Shown: positions 27,340-36,490, counted from the first letter of the stretch. The stretch: 64,000 bases of DNA from a bacterium (GCA_021786315.1 JAJYNN010000002.1:545494-609493); one strand, 5' to 3'. Program-made: numbers and translations. The notes: generated by a model not told the origin, from the sequence alone.

Positions 27340-28330
27340 TATATTGTGTATTGACTCGGCTTTCCATACAAGGTGTAAAATTTAATTACTCTCTGCAGTA
27401 GCGGAGGTAGAAGGGAGGGCCATGAATTTGACCCAACTTTTGTACTCCGTGAGTATCTTTGGTAATTGAAACTAGCAAACGGACAAGCAAGGAGGATCCA
27501 AATAACCTTGCTTACTTAATTGTTCAGGGAAGATTACTGACAACACTCTAGCGGAGGCTCACCTTTGTCTTACCTAAAGGTTAAGTGTTGTCTACCGGAA
27601 AATTGGGAGAGAATAACCAATCAAAGCAAACTGAGACGTCGGTTTGGGGAGATATAGGTATTAGGTACTTTTGTAGGTGAGAGGGCCACTCAGTATTCTC
27701 ACTGGGTGGCCTTTTCTTTATTCTCCTTGCAAACTCTTTTCTCTTCTGTGGCGGTTCCGCCGCCCCCGCCCCTTTGGGATAATAACCGTTCAGGAGGGCA
27801 GCACCTTAGAAGAAATCTTTTTGGAATTAGTAGTAAGTAAAATGGGTGCTGCCCGACAATAGCGAGGGCCGAGAAAGCCAAGTCATATTTTAGAAGAACC
27901 GGCCCGAGCCCTCGGAATTAGTGCGAGAAAGTTTCTCGAGAAACTTTCGAGCGGCATGGATGCAAGTAGGGCTAAAAATTGCGGCGGGGGCGATTGCGGA
28001 CAAACCCCCGCAACGGCAGGAGGTATTAGAAAGAAGAAAAGGGTAGGCGAAAAGTACCGAAGGTAACCTTACCCAACGAACTTTTCGCCGAGTTAGATAC
28101 TACCAATACTAGTTCGTAAGGCAACAATATAGGCGAGGCGCCCCCTAGGGCGACCTCTCGCCCAAAAGCGGGGGTGCCGCTACTACTAATTTGGGTGGGT
28201 GGGTTAGTTCAGGATACAAGATTTACTCTTCTTACCCGTTACCGTAGCGGTAACGGTATCCGTAACGGTCCGTTACGGTGATTAGCTTGTCAAAAACCGC
28301 TAAACTCCCCATTCTTAAATATCTTAATAA
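27340..28330 (+). other. ~1 kb GC-rich non-coding region with dense predicted secondary structure (candidate structured ncRNA and/or iteron/ori-like region)
   Basis: No ORF of 62 aa or longer on either strand. GC-rich helices in an AT-rich genome. Several helices only work with G-U pairs on the + strand. Contains a 22-bp perfect palindrome and four ~11-nt CCGTTACGG-type repeats. Confidence 0.3.
27684..27720 (+). terminator. rho-independent terminator-like hairpin inside the non-coding region
   Basis: GGCCACTCAGT-attctc-ACTGGGTGGCC followed by TTTTCTTTA. Confidence 0.5.
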
Positions 28331-28384
28331 TTCTTTAAAAATCGCGCGCTTTTCTGTCTCTTAGCAAAAAATACCAGAGCGAGG

Positions 28385-28499
28385 CCGAAGGCCGAGCTTA
28401 AAGATCAGAAGGCCCCGACGCGAAGCGGAGGGGCTTCTACCGACCGACCGATGCATACGTCGATTTGAAATAGGTTCGAATTTGTTGATACCGTACTAC
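28385..28499. repeat. IR2-right: 115-bp perfect inverted repeat (partner 18589..18703)
   Basis: Exact reverse complement of 18589-18703. Confidence 0.9.
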
Positions 28500-28510
28500 A
28501 AAAGAAAAAG

Positions 28511-28540
28511 TCCTCCCTTCGGGGAGGCTTTTTGTTTTTT
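28511..28540. terminator. bidirectional rho-independent terminator
   Basis: CCTCCC-TTCG-GGGAGG hairpin with a T-run on the + strand (CTTTTTGTTTTTT) and an A-run before it. Insulates the island from the sigma/anti-sigma operon. Confidence 0.65.
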
Positions 28541-28639
28541 AACTGTGATTAGGCAAGAATCTGCGCATCTCGCAGAGCTAAGCAGGTTCGATCAGGCAAA
28601 GCCTGACAACATCTTCGAGCAAAGCGAGAAGTAGTGTTA

Positions 28640-28657
28640 ATCCCCGCACGCGCTACT
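28640..28657 (+). repeat. direct repeat of tRNA-Glu 3' end (putative attR core)
   Basis: atccccgcacgcgctact versus tRNA 16882-16898 atcccgcacgcgctact (one extra C). Preceded by the motif acaacatcttcgagcaaagcgagaagtagtgtta. Confidence 0.7.
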
Positions 28658-29219
28658 TGTTACGATTAAAATGGTGAGTTTTTAGACCCTTAACCTCACC
28701 GTTTCCTTTTTGAGTTTCAGAAGCAGCCCGCCGCAATTTTTCCGAAGAAGCAGGATTCTTCCGGGCTTCATCTTCAAACTTTCTTCCCTGAATATTGATC
28801 TCCTTTTTAACTTCCTCTTTCCGGGCAGAACTGCTTGCCATATTTTCACTATCCTTTACCGCTTCCTGATAATGCTCAATCGCATCATCCAATTTCTTTG
28901 GGTCATTACTTACTTTCAAAACATCATCGCCCCTTCTTTCTATAATTAAGGAGGGGTTATTGGTGGCTTTGGCCACTATATTATCAGCCAATACTTTAAT
29001 CGGATAGAACGTGTCCCCGGGTTCAGCTGCCTGAACTACCCCTCCAAACCCGCCTAGAATTATTAATGCCCCAATCAAACTCAAGACTATCTTTGAATAA
29101 GGAACAGGCGAATTATAAGCATTCTGATCACCCAATTTGGACTCCAACTTTTTCCACTCTTTATCAGGATTATTATCTGAAATATTAATATAGCTTTTTC
29201 TTAATTCCTCTAATTTCAT
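28653..29219 (-). CDS. putative anti-sigma factor / membrane protein downstream of ECF sigma
   Basis: Single TM IVLSLIGALIILGGFGGVV. Start overlaps the sigma gene stop by 4 nt. Confidence 0.4.
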   Translation of the reverse strand: MKLEELRKSYINISDNNPDKEWKKLESKLGDQNAYNSPVPYSKIVLSLIGALIILGGFGGVVQAAEPGDTFYPIKVLADNIVAKATNNPSLIIERRGDDVLKVSNDPKKLDDAIEHYQEAVKDSENMASSSARKEEVKKEINIQGRKFEDEARKNPASSEKLRRAASETQKGNGEVKGLKTHHFNRNK

Positions 29220-29749
29220 TCTGTCTCCTCTAAAACCTCTTTCATTTTTTTTAAAACCCTGTGGATTTTCACCCTTAAAGCGCCCTCCCGAATTCCCAAT
29301 ACTTTGGAGATTTCAGTAAATGACAATTCCTCAAAATACCGCAGAATGACAATTTGTTTTTCTTCTTCCTTAAGCAAAGAAAGCGCTTCCCATACTTTTT
29401 TGGATGTCTCTTCACGGACCAGGTTTTCATCCGGTTTTTCATTTGCTTCAATTTCCATTGCCCCCTCCAAAGAGGTTTCTTTCTTCTTGCGGGAGAAATC
29501 AATAATGGAATTCTTAGCAATTTTAAAAAGGTACGCCTGAAAAGAGCCACCGGCAAAATGGCTAAACGAAGGGAGATTTTTCCAGGCTTTAATAAAAGTT
29601 TCCTGGGAAATGTCCTGCGCCAGGTCATGGTCATGCAGGTTGAGGAAACAGTAACGGAAAATCCGCCGCGAAAACATCCGGTAAATTTTACTGAAGGCAT
29701 CCTTGTCTCCTTTTTGAGCTTGCGAAAGCCACTGTTCGAGGTCGTCCAT
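29216..29749 (-). CDS. ECF-type RNA polymerase sigma-70 family factor
   Basis: Region 2 FSKIYRMFSRRIFRYCF...DLAQDISQETFIKAWKNL. Region 4 IVILRYFEELSFTEISKVLGIREGALRVKIHRVLKKM. Confidence 0.85.
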   Translation of the reverse strand: MDDLEQWLSQAQKGDKDAFSKIYRMFSRRIFRYCFLNLHDHDLAQDISQETFIKAWKNLPSFSHFAGGSFQAYLFKIAKNSIIDFSRKKKETSLEGAMEIEANEKPDENLVREETSKKVWEALSLLKEEEKQIVILRYFEELSFTEISKVLGIREGALRVKIHRVLKKMKEVLEETE

Positions 29750-29829
29750 GAAGGTTCATACTATAATGTAGAACGTTCAGAAATTCAATTTGTAACATTT
29801 TTTAACGAACTGCGTTCTATTCTTTAGAG

Positions 29830-30312
29830 ATGAAAAAAGTTTTACTTTTAAGCGCCGGCATTTTAATTGTTACCGCAACACCGGCTTTAGCCAAAGAAAA
29901 CGGTAATAAAACTCCGGAAAACGGTAAATTAAATGAACAGGCAGAAATCAAAGATACCGGTAAAGAGTGTAACCCAGATGACCAATGGAAAAACCACGGC
30001 GAGTATGTTTCCTGTGTGGCTAGGTTACACCTAGGGAGCGCAACAACCTCCGCAGCCGCCAAGTCTGATATCGGCAAGAAAGAAGCTAAAGAAAAGGAGA
30101 CTGAAGATAATGGGAATGAAATTTCGCCCACTGCCGCCCCAAGTGGAACCTTAACTCCAACCCCAACATCTACCATTTCCGCTACCCCTACCCCAGTAAG
30201 TACCGAATCCGCCCAATTATTAACCGAAAAAGCCCAGGCTTTAACCAATGAATTGAACGGAGTAATAACATTCCTCAATAACGTCCTGGCATCCTTGAAA
30301 AGTTTACTTTAA
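29830..30312 (+). CDS. secreted hypothetical protein with Thr/Pro-rich linker
   Basis: Signal peptide MKKVLLLSAGILIVTATPALA. TPTPTSTISATPTPVST low-complexity segment. Confidence 0.4.
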   Translation: MKKVLLLSAGILIVTATPALAKENGNKTPENGKLNEQAEIKDTGKECNPDDQWKNHGEYVSCVARLHLGSATTSAAAKSDIGKKEAKEKETEDNGNEISPTAAPSGTLTPTPTSTISATPTPVSTESAQLLTEKAQALTNELNGVITFLNNVLASLKSLL

Positions 30313-30668
30313 CCGGTAATATTTTTAATCAATTCAACTTTAGGATTATTTTTATCTTCAGCAAAATCCACCCCGACAAAATCTAGCCGATAAGGTTTAT
30401 CTTCCCAATTAATTTCCTGTAAATAAAATTTTGCTGTTTTTAAAAGATATTGGATTTTCCAGGGAGTCATGGATTCAACAGGCAGACCAAATTCATGGGA
30501 ATACCTTGTCTTAACCTCCACAAAAACCAAATATTCCTTATCCTGGGCCACAATATCAATTTCTCCCCCTCTAATCCGGTAGTTTTTCTTAAGAATTTTA
30601 TATCCATGGCTTTGGAGATATTTACAAGCGAGTTCTTCCCCCAAGTCACCAACATTTTTTGTAGTCAT
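30309..30668 (-). CDS. YraN family endonuclease (UPF0102)
   Basis: GEELACKYLQSHGYKILKKNYRIRGGEIDIVAQDKEYLVFVEVKTR is the YraN signature. Confidence 0.8.
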   Translation of the reverse strand: MTTKNVGDLGEELACKYLQSHGYKILKKNYRIRGGEIDIVAQDKEYLVFVEVKTRYSHEFGLPVESMTPWKIQYLLKTAKFYLQEINWEDKPYRLDFVGVDFAEDKNNPKVELIKNITG

Positions 30669-30775
30669 CGATTTAGGATTTAGGAATTAGGAATAAATTC
30701 TTAAATCTTACCTCTTAAATCTTAAGAACTTGCTCACAAGTTCGCAAGACCTTGCGACAGCAAGCTGTCTTAAAT

Positions 30776-31408
30776 CTATATTAAGAACTTTTCCAGATTA
30801 AAAGATTTCCTATGAATTCGGGATAAACCATGTTTTTTGATGGCATCCCGATGAGCCTTTGTCCCGTAACCCTTATGTTTATTAAAACCATATTGGGGAT
30901 ATTTTCCGTGCAATTCATCCATTAATTTATCCCGGTGAACCTTGGCAATAATAGAAGCTGCCGCTATCGAGATAGACAATTGATCTCCTTTAATAATCGG
31001 TTCCTGTTTCTTCCGATTAAGATGCTTAATGTAAAAAGCGTCTATTAGAATAAAGTCAGGATTCTTATCCAGGGATTTAACTGCTTTCCTGAAAGCCATC
31101 TGGGTAGCTTTACCAATTCCCAGCTTATTAATGTGACAGACAGGAATTTCGGCAATTGACCAGGCAAGGGCAGTTTTCTTAATCTCTTCTGCCAGTTTCT
31201 CCCGCTTTTTCGGAGTTAAAAGTTTAGAATCAGCAATTCCCTCCGGTATCTCACGCAAGGCGTCACCTTGCACAGGCTCAGCAAAGATTACAGCACCGAC
31301 CACCACCGGCCCGGCAAAACACCCCCGGCCAACCTCATCCAAGCCACAAACATACCGATAACCTAATTTCCAGTATTTTTCTTCAAATTCGAGTGTGGGA
31401 TAGATCAT
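30776..31408 (-). CDS. rnhB: ribonuclease HII
   Basis: VCGLDEVGRGCFAGPVVVGAV, DSKLLTPKKRE, and a C-terminal KGYGT. Start chosen at MIYPTLEFEEKYWK. Confidence 0.9.
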   Translation of the reverse strand: MIYPTLEFEEKYWKLGYRYVCGLDEVGRGCFAGPVVVGAVIFAEPVQGDALREIPEGIADSKLLTPKKREKLAEEIKKTALAWSIAEIPVCHINKLGIGKATQMAFRKAVKSLDKNPDFILIDAFYIKHLNRKKQEPIIKGDQLSISIAAASIIAKVHRDKLMDELHGKYPQYGFNKHKGYGTKAHRDAIKKHGLSRIHRKSFNLEKFLI

Positions 31409-31547
31409 AAACCTTTGATAAAAACAATTTATAAATACCAAGTACCAATTTACAATGAATTTTCAAAAACTCAATGATCAAAAGTTTAGAACTTCGAACA
31501 TTGAAATTTATTTGAAAATTGTAAACTGAAAATTGAAAATTCTGAAG

Positions 31548-31862
31548 TTAAACCCTTGTAGCTTGTCTACCAGTTAAATTGCGGAGGTAATAAAGCTTGC
31601 TTCTTCGAACATTAGTAGCATTCTTCTTCACTTCAACTTTAACAATGGATTTTGCGTCCAAAGGCCACTTTCTTTCAACACCAATTCCGCCAGCACCAAT
31701 ATGGCGGACAGTCATCATCTGGTTTTCACCGCGTCCGGATAAAGCAATAATAATGCCCTCAAAAACCTGGACACGGGTTTTATTGCCTTCAACCACGGTT
31801 GAATGGACACGAACCGTGTCGCCAATGTGAATTTCTGTTGTGCTTATTTTTCCTGAAATCAT
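31548..31862 (-). CDS. rplS: 50S ribosomal protein L19
   Basis: GDTVRVHSTVVEGNKTRVQVFEGIIIALSGRG...RHIGAGGIGVERKWPL. Confidence 0.95.
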   Translation of the reverse strand: MISGKISTTEIHIGDTVRVHSTVVEGNKTRVQVFEGIIIALSGRGENQMMTVRHIGAGGIGVERKWPLDAKSIVKVEVKKNATNVRRSKLYYLRNLTGRQATRV

Positions 31863-31889
31863 GGACTAAATTTTAACCTAAGATCAGCT

Positions 31890-34800
31890 TCAAGTCAATC
31901 TAACAACACCTTTTCCTAAAATTCCTTCAATGTTTTCAATCATCGCCGGATCAGCTTTCACCCCAAAAGGCAAATCCATCCTTTGTAAGTTTGGCCCTCC
32001 ATTGGGCAAAAGCAAAGCTACTTTAGACTTTCCTGGATACTCACGCAAAGTCCGGTTAATCTTTTGTAGAGTTTCCGCCCCCGCCCCTTTAGGCACCATA
32101 ATTTCCAATTCTTTCTCTTTAACTCTCTGGCTCCCTGATTCACCGGTTCTCTGGCTCTCTGATCTTCCGGTTTTCCGGTCTTCCGATACTTTGGTATCCA
32201 AATTAAAGGTATCCGGATCATAAGAAACTATCCTATCAATCACCAATGAAAGTTGTTCCTCCCTTTTATCCAGTTTGGCCCAGATTACTACTACATTATC
32301 CTTTTCCATACATTGTTTTGAGGTTTCAAAAGTTTTCGGAAAGACCACCGCTTCCATTTCAGAGGTTCCATCCGACACCTGCAGAAAAGCCATCTCAGCC
32401 TGAGTTTTCTTGGTCATCACCTTCTTCACATTGGTAATCACTCCTGCTACCACCACTTTCATTCCCGCCAGTTCCTCGCCTAAGTCCGAAATTTTCTGCT
32501 CGCAAATCCTATTGGCCTGGCGAAGCTTGGAAATATAAGGAGGTTCGTGCAGATAAAATCCTAAAAGGTCTTTTTCAAAACCCAACATCTGATCCAAAGC
32601 CAATTCTTCCACGTCCGGCAAAGGCACAACTATTTCATCAACATTTTCCTCTTCCCCAAATAAAGAAACCTGGTTGGAAGCCACCCTTTTGGCTTGCTGA
32701 TGCACTTTTTCAATGACAGTATCCAAAACCAGAAGCTGGGCTGCCCGGGAACCAAATTGGTCTAAAGCTCCAGCCTTAATCAAGCTTTCCAAAGTCTTTT
32801 TATTCACCAAGCGGTTATCCACCCGAGTGCAAAGATCAACCAAAGAGTTAAATGGTGTTTTCTTTCGGGCCTCAATAATCGATTCAATAGCTGAAATTCC
32901 AACGTTTTTAATTGCCGACATCCCAAAACGTATACCCTGAGCCTGAATTTCCCCTGTTGTTCCGCCAACCTGCCTCTCCAAATCACCTTCACTAAGCTTT
33001 TCCAAAGTAAACCCAACTCCTGATTTATTGACATCAGGTGGCAAAACCACAATACCCATTCTTTTACATTCATCCATGGCATTGGCAATCTTCTCTGCAT
33101 CCCCATACTCGGCCGACATCACCGCCGCCATATATTCAACCGGGAAGTTAGCTTTCATATAACCCGTTTGGTAAGAAACCATGGCATAGGAAGCGCTGTG
33201 GGATTTATTGAAGCCATAAGCCGCAAATTTTTCGATCAGATCAAACAGTTCTTCTGCTTTTTCATGGCTCATCCCTCCCGCCACAGAACCTTCAACGAAA
33301 TGCGCCCGCTGCTTGGCCATCTCCTCCGGAATTTTTTTGCCCATAGCTTTACGGAATTTATCCGCCTCCTCCCAGGTGTAACCGGCAATATTAATAGCCG
33401 TCATAATAACGTCTTCCTGATAAACCAAGAGTCCCAAAGATCTATCCATATAACTTTCCATCCTGGGATCAAGATAAGTAATTCTGGAGGGGTCACGTTT
33501 ACGGGCAATATATTCCGGAATAATTGAAAGTGGACCCGGGCGATATAGGGCAATCATCGCCATGATATCGAAGATATTGGTGGGACGCAGCTCCATCAAG
33601 TACCGAGTCATGCCTGAACCCTCAAGCTGAAACAAACCCATGGTTTCCCCCCGAGCCATCATGTCGTACGTCTTTTTGTCATCAAGCGGTAAATTGCCCA
33701 AATCAACATTAATATCCCGATTATCTTTCACGAATTTAACCGCTTGTCCTAAAATAGACAAATTACGAATTCCCAACATGTCCATCTTAACTAACCCCAC
33801 ACCATCTTCACCAACAGCGAACATATCGTATTGGGTTACAATCTTATCCCCATTTGACTCCCTTTGGAGCGGAGTAAAATCTGTCAGCGGTGTGGGAGCA
33901 ATAACCAACCCGGCGGCATGGACTGAGGCATGACGGACCGTTCCTTCAACCCGCTTAGCAAGCTCTATTAGTTTTTTAACCTGGGGGTCATCCCGATAGA
34001 GCTGGTTGAGCTCGGGAACCTCTTTTAAAGCATCATCTAAAGTCTGGTGAAATCCCTGCTTGGGCGGCGGCACCAGTTTAGCAATTCTGTCTACCTCCCC
34101 ATAGGTCATCCCCAAAACCCGGCCGATATCCCGGATGGCCGCCCGGCCCATCATAGTTCCAAAGGTCACAATATGGGCCACTTTATCCTGACCGTATTTG
34201 TCCATCACGTAGCGGATTACCTCATCCCTTCTGTCGTCAGCGAAATCACTATCAATATCAGGAAGAGACGGCCTCCAGGGGTTTAAAAACCTTTCAAAGG
34301 GAAGTAAGTAATCTACCGGATTAATATTCGTGACCCCCAATACATAAAGGGTAAGCGCCCCAGCAGCTGAACCTCTGGTATTAGTGATAATACCATGCTC
34401 GTGTGACCAGTTAATAAAATCGTGGACAATTAAAAAATACGTTCCGTACCCCTTTTGTTCAATAACAGAAAGTTCATAATCCAATCTTTCCCGAAGCCTT
34501 CCATCATCATTGGGGAACTTTTCTTTAAATTTTTCATCACACATCTCTTTCAAATAATCCATTGGTTTTTTACCACCTGGAACATCAAAAATAGGAAAGT
34601 ACGGCTTTCCAAGGGTTATCTCAAAATCAATTTTATCTGCCACTTTTAGGGTATTACTAATAGCGTCAGGGATTTCACTAAACATAGCGGACATTTCTTC
34701 TGTAGAGCGAATATAAAGGTTGGGGGTATCAATCATCCGCAGGCGGTTAATATCCCGAATATACTTTCCGGTTTGGACACAAAGGACTGCATCCTGAGCC

Positions 34801-35513
34801 TCAGCATCATCGGCCTTAACGTAATGGTAATCGTTGGTAGCAACAATTGGGATGCCAACTTTGGGGCTCAACTCCTGAACGGCTTTCCACCAAATCTTTT
34901 GGAACTTTTCCATCCTTTGGAGGTCTTGGATAACCTTGGGGTCAAGATTTTTGTTCTCAGCTAAAATTTTGGCATATTCGTGATCCTGTAACTCTAGGAA
35001 ATAATTTCCTTCCCCAAAAATAGATAAGTAATTTTTAACGATCTCCTCCCCTTTCTTAAAATCATCTTCCTTTAAACTCTCTGCAAATTCCCCTCCGGGA
35101 CATCCGGAAAGTGCAATAATTCCTTCATGAAACTCTTTTAAAAGCTCTTTATCCACCCGAGGTTTGTAGTAGTAACCATCAAGGTAAGCAATAGAAACCA
35201 GCTTCATCAGGTTTTTATAACCCTCAAAGTTTTTGGCCAGGAGTGTTAAATGGTAAGGTTCAGTATCAATTTTCCCTTCTTTGTCCTTGTGTGACCTTTT
35301 GGCCACATAAACCTCACACCCCACAATTGGTTTAATCTCATTATCCAAACAAGCCTTATAAAACTCGATTGCTCCATACATCGAGCCGTGGTCGGTCACG
35401 GCCACTGCCGGCATTTCCATCTCTTTGACAGCCTTAACCAGCTTTTTAATCTTAGATAAACCATCAAGAAGGGAATATTCTGTATGACCGTGGAGATGAA
35501 CGAAGTTAGCCAT
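31890..35513 (-). CDS. dnaE: DNA polymerase III alpha subunit
   Basis: PHP domain FVHLHGHTEYSLLDG, polymerase core, HhH, and OB fold. The C-terminal region carries a short tandem-repeat insertion. Confidence 0.95.
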   Translation of the reverse strand: MANFVHLHGHTEYSLLDGLSKIKKLVKAVKEMEMPAVAVTDHGSMYGAIEFYKACLDNEIKPIVGCEVYVAKRSHKDKEGKIDTEPYHLTLLAKNFEGYKNLMKLVSIAYLDGYYYKPRVDKELLKEFHEGIIALSGCPGGEFAESLKEDDFKKGEEIVKNYLSIFGEGNYFLELQDHEYAKILAENKNLDPKVIQDLQRMEKFQKIWWKAVQELSPKVGIPIVATNDYHYVKADDAEAQDAVLCVQTGKYIRDINRLRMIDTPNLYIRSTEEMSAMFSEIPDAISNTLKVADKIDFEITLGKPYFPIFDVPGGKKPMDYLKEMCDEKFKEKFPNDDGRLRERLDYELSVIEQKGYGTYFLIVHDFINWSHEHGIITNTRGSAAGALTLYVLGVTNINPVDYLLPFERFLNPWRPSLPDIDSDFADDRRDEVIRYVMDKYGQDKVAHIVTFGTMMGRAAIRDIGRVLGMTYGEVDRIAKLVPPPKQGFHQTLDDALKEVPELNQLYRDDPQVKKLIELAKRVEGTVRHASVHAAGLVIAPTPLTDFTPLQRESNGDKIVTQYDMFAVGEDGVGLVKMDMLGIRNLSILGQAVKFVKDNRDINVDLGNLPLDDKKTYDMMARGETMGLFQLEGSGMTRYLMELRPTNIFDIMAMIALYRPGPLSIIPEYIARKRDPSRITYLDPRMESYMDRSLGLLVYQEDVIMTAINIAGYTWEEADKFRKAMGKKIPEEMAKQRAHFVEGSVAGGMSHEKAEELFDLIEKFAAYGFNKSHSASYAMVSYQTGYMKANFPVEYMAAVMSAEYGDAEKIANAMDECKRMGIVVLPPDVNKSGVGFTLEKLSEGDLERQVGGTTGEIQAQGIRFGMSAIKNVGISAIESIIEARKKTPFNSLVDLCTRVDNRLVNKKTLESLIKAGALDQFGSRAAQLLVLDTVIEKVHQQAKRVASNQVSLFGEEENVDEIVVPLPDVEELALDQMLGFEKDLLGFYLHEPPYISKLRQANRICEQKISDLGEELAGMKVVVAGVITNVKKVMTKKTQAEMAFLQVSDGTSEMEAVVFPKTFETSKQCMEKDNVVVIWAKLDKREEQLSLVIDRIVSYDPDTFNLDTKVSEDRKTGRSESQRTGESGSQRVKEKELEIMVPKGAGAETLQKINRTLREYPGKSKVALLLPNGGPNLQRMDLPFGVKADPAMIENIEGILGKGVVRLT

Positions 35514-35593
35514 TTTTCTGTCCCATTTTAACAGCCTAATGGATCCCCATTTCAAGTGGGTAGATTACATTTAAAATTTCCAATTCTCAATTT

Positions 35594-36478
35594 TCAATTT
35601 CTAAGTAATTCAGAAACAGTGACAAATTGAAAACCTCTCTTTTTAAGGTCAGGAATTATCTTCTCCAAAGCATCATTAGTCTTGGGGGCATTCGGCCCTC
35701 CATGAATATGGAAAACAATGATCGAGCCGTTTTGTACTTGAGATTCGACCTTGTTAATAATCGACTGGGTATTGGGGTTAAAGCCGTCACCCGAGATAAC
35801 GTCCCAATGGACAACCTTTAACCCTAATTTAGCTACGGTTTCCAAATTTACCTTATCGTAACATCCTCCGGGGAAACGGAAATATTTAGGGGTAACCCCC
35901 GTAACCGCAACGATCTCCTTTTGGGCTTGTTCTACCTCATCTACGGCTGATTCTGAAAGAAAAGGCAGCTTAAAGCAGCTCTTAGTAAAAGCCGGGTGGG
36001 CATAGGAATGATTGCCAATCTCTATCAATTTATCCTGGGCCAATTCCTTAGCTTCCTGAGGATATGCCTTAACCCAAAGTCCGGTTAAAAAGATAGTGGC
36101 CGGTACATTTTCCCGATCCAAAGTATCTTTAATCGGCTTGTTGTACCAAGACTTCACTACCCCTTTTTGCAGCAGCGCCAACATCCCCGGAGTCATGTCC
36201 GCATCAAAAGTTAAAGCCACTACCTTTTTATTCCGAGGCCCGTGTTCAATAACCTCCGGCTTCAGAGCTTGCTGGGGAGAACTTTGGAACTTCCGGATAA
36301 TAAAATTTTTTGGTGACGGCTGCTCAGCTTGTTCAGGGGGATAAACAAATGACTGGTAATCTACGGCAATAAAAATTAAAACAGAAAATACTAATCCAAC
36401 CAAAACAATGGTGATATTTTTAAGATTTCTTTTAAAAAGATCGACCGGGTATCTTTTAACCTTTTTTCTTTGCCTCAC
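35594..36478 (-). CDS. polysaccharide deacetylase (NodB homology domain) with N-terminal TM
   Basis: VALTFDADMTPGM (TFDD motif), HSYAHP, FRFPGG. Confidence 0.7.
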   Translation of the reverse strand: MRQRKKVKRYPVDLFKRNLKNITIVLVGLVFSVLIFIAVDYQSFVYPPEQAEQPSPKNFIIRKFQSSPQQALKPEVIEHGPRNKKVVALTFDADMTPGMLALLQKGVVKSWYNKPIKDTLDRENVPATIFLTGLWVKAYPQEAKELAQDKLIEIGNHSYAHPAFTKSCFKLPFLSESAVDEVEQAQKEIVAVTGVTPKYFRFPGGCYDKVNLETVAKLGLKVVHWDVISGDGFNPNTQSIINKVESQVQNGSIIVFHIHGGPNAPKTNDALEKIIPDLKKRGFQFVTVSELLRN

Positions 36479-36490
36479 AGGAATTATTGT

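Larger units (their letters stand above)
16897..28639. mobile_element. putative integrative element / genomic island inserted at the 3' end of tRNA-Glu (serine recombinase + type I R-M cargo)
   Basis: Begins exactly at the tRNA-Glu 3' end. An 18-nt imperfect direct repeat of the tRNA 3' end (atccccgcacgcgctact) lies at 28640-28657. Contains a large serine recombinase, two long inverted-repeat pairs, and an hsdMSR operon. Confidence 0.6.

Noticed and set aside
27955-28068. 37-aa Cys/Gly-rich sORF (MDASRAKNCGGGDCG...) in the GC-rich region
   Set aside because: It has no Shine-Dalgarno sequence. Its composition simply mirrors the GC-rich helices, so an RNA-structure explanation is more parsimonious.
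28236-28280. Possible CRISPR array from the CCGTTACGG-type repeats
   Set aside because: The repeats are only ~11 nt, directly adjacent without spacers, and partly mutually complementary. This is not CRISPR architecture, and no cas genes are present.
29275-29827. ORFs 29275-29700 (-) and 29354-29827 (+) inside or antisense to the ECF sigma gene
   Set aside because: They overlap a confidently identified sigma-70 family gene in other frames or on the other strand, and have an Arg/Lys-rich biased composition.
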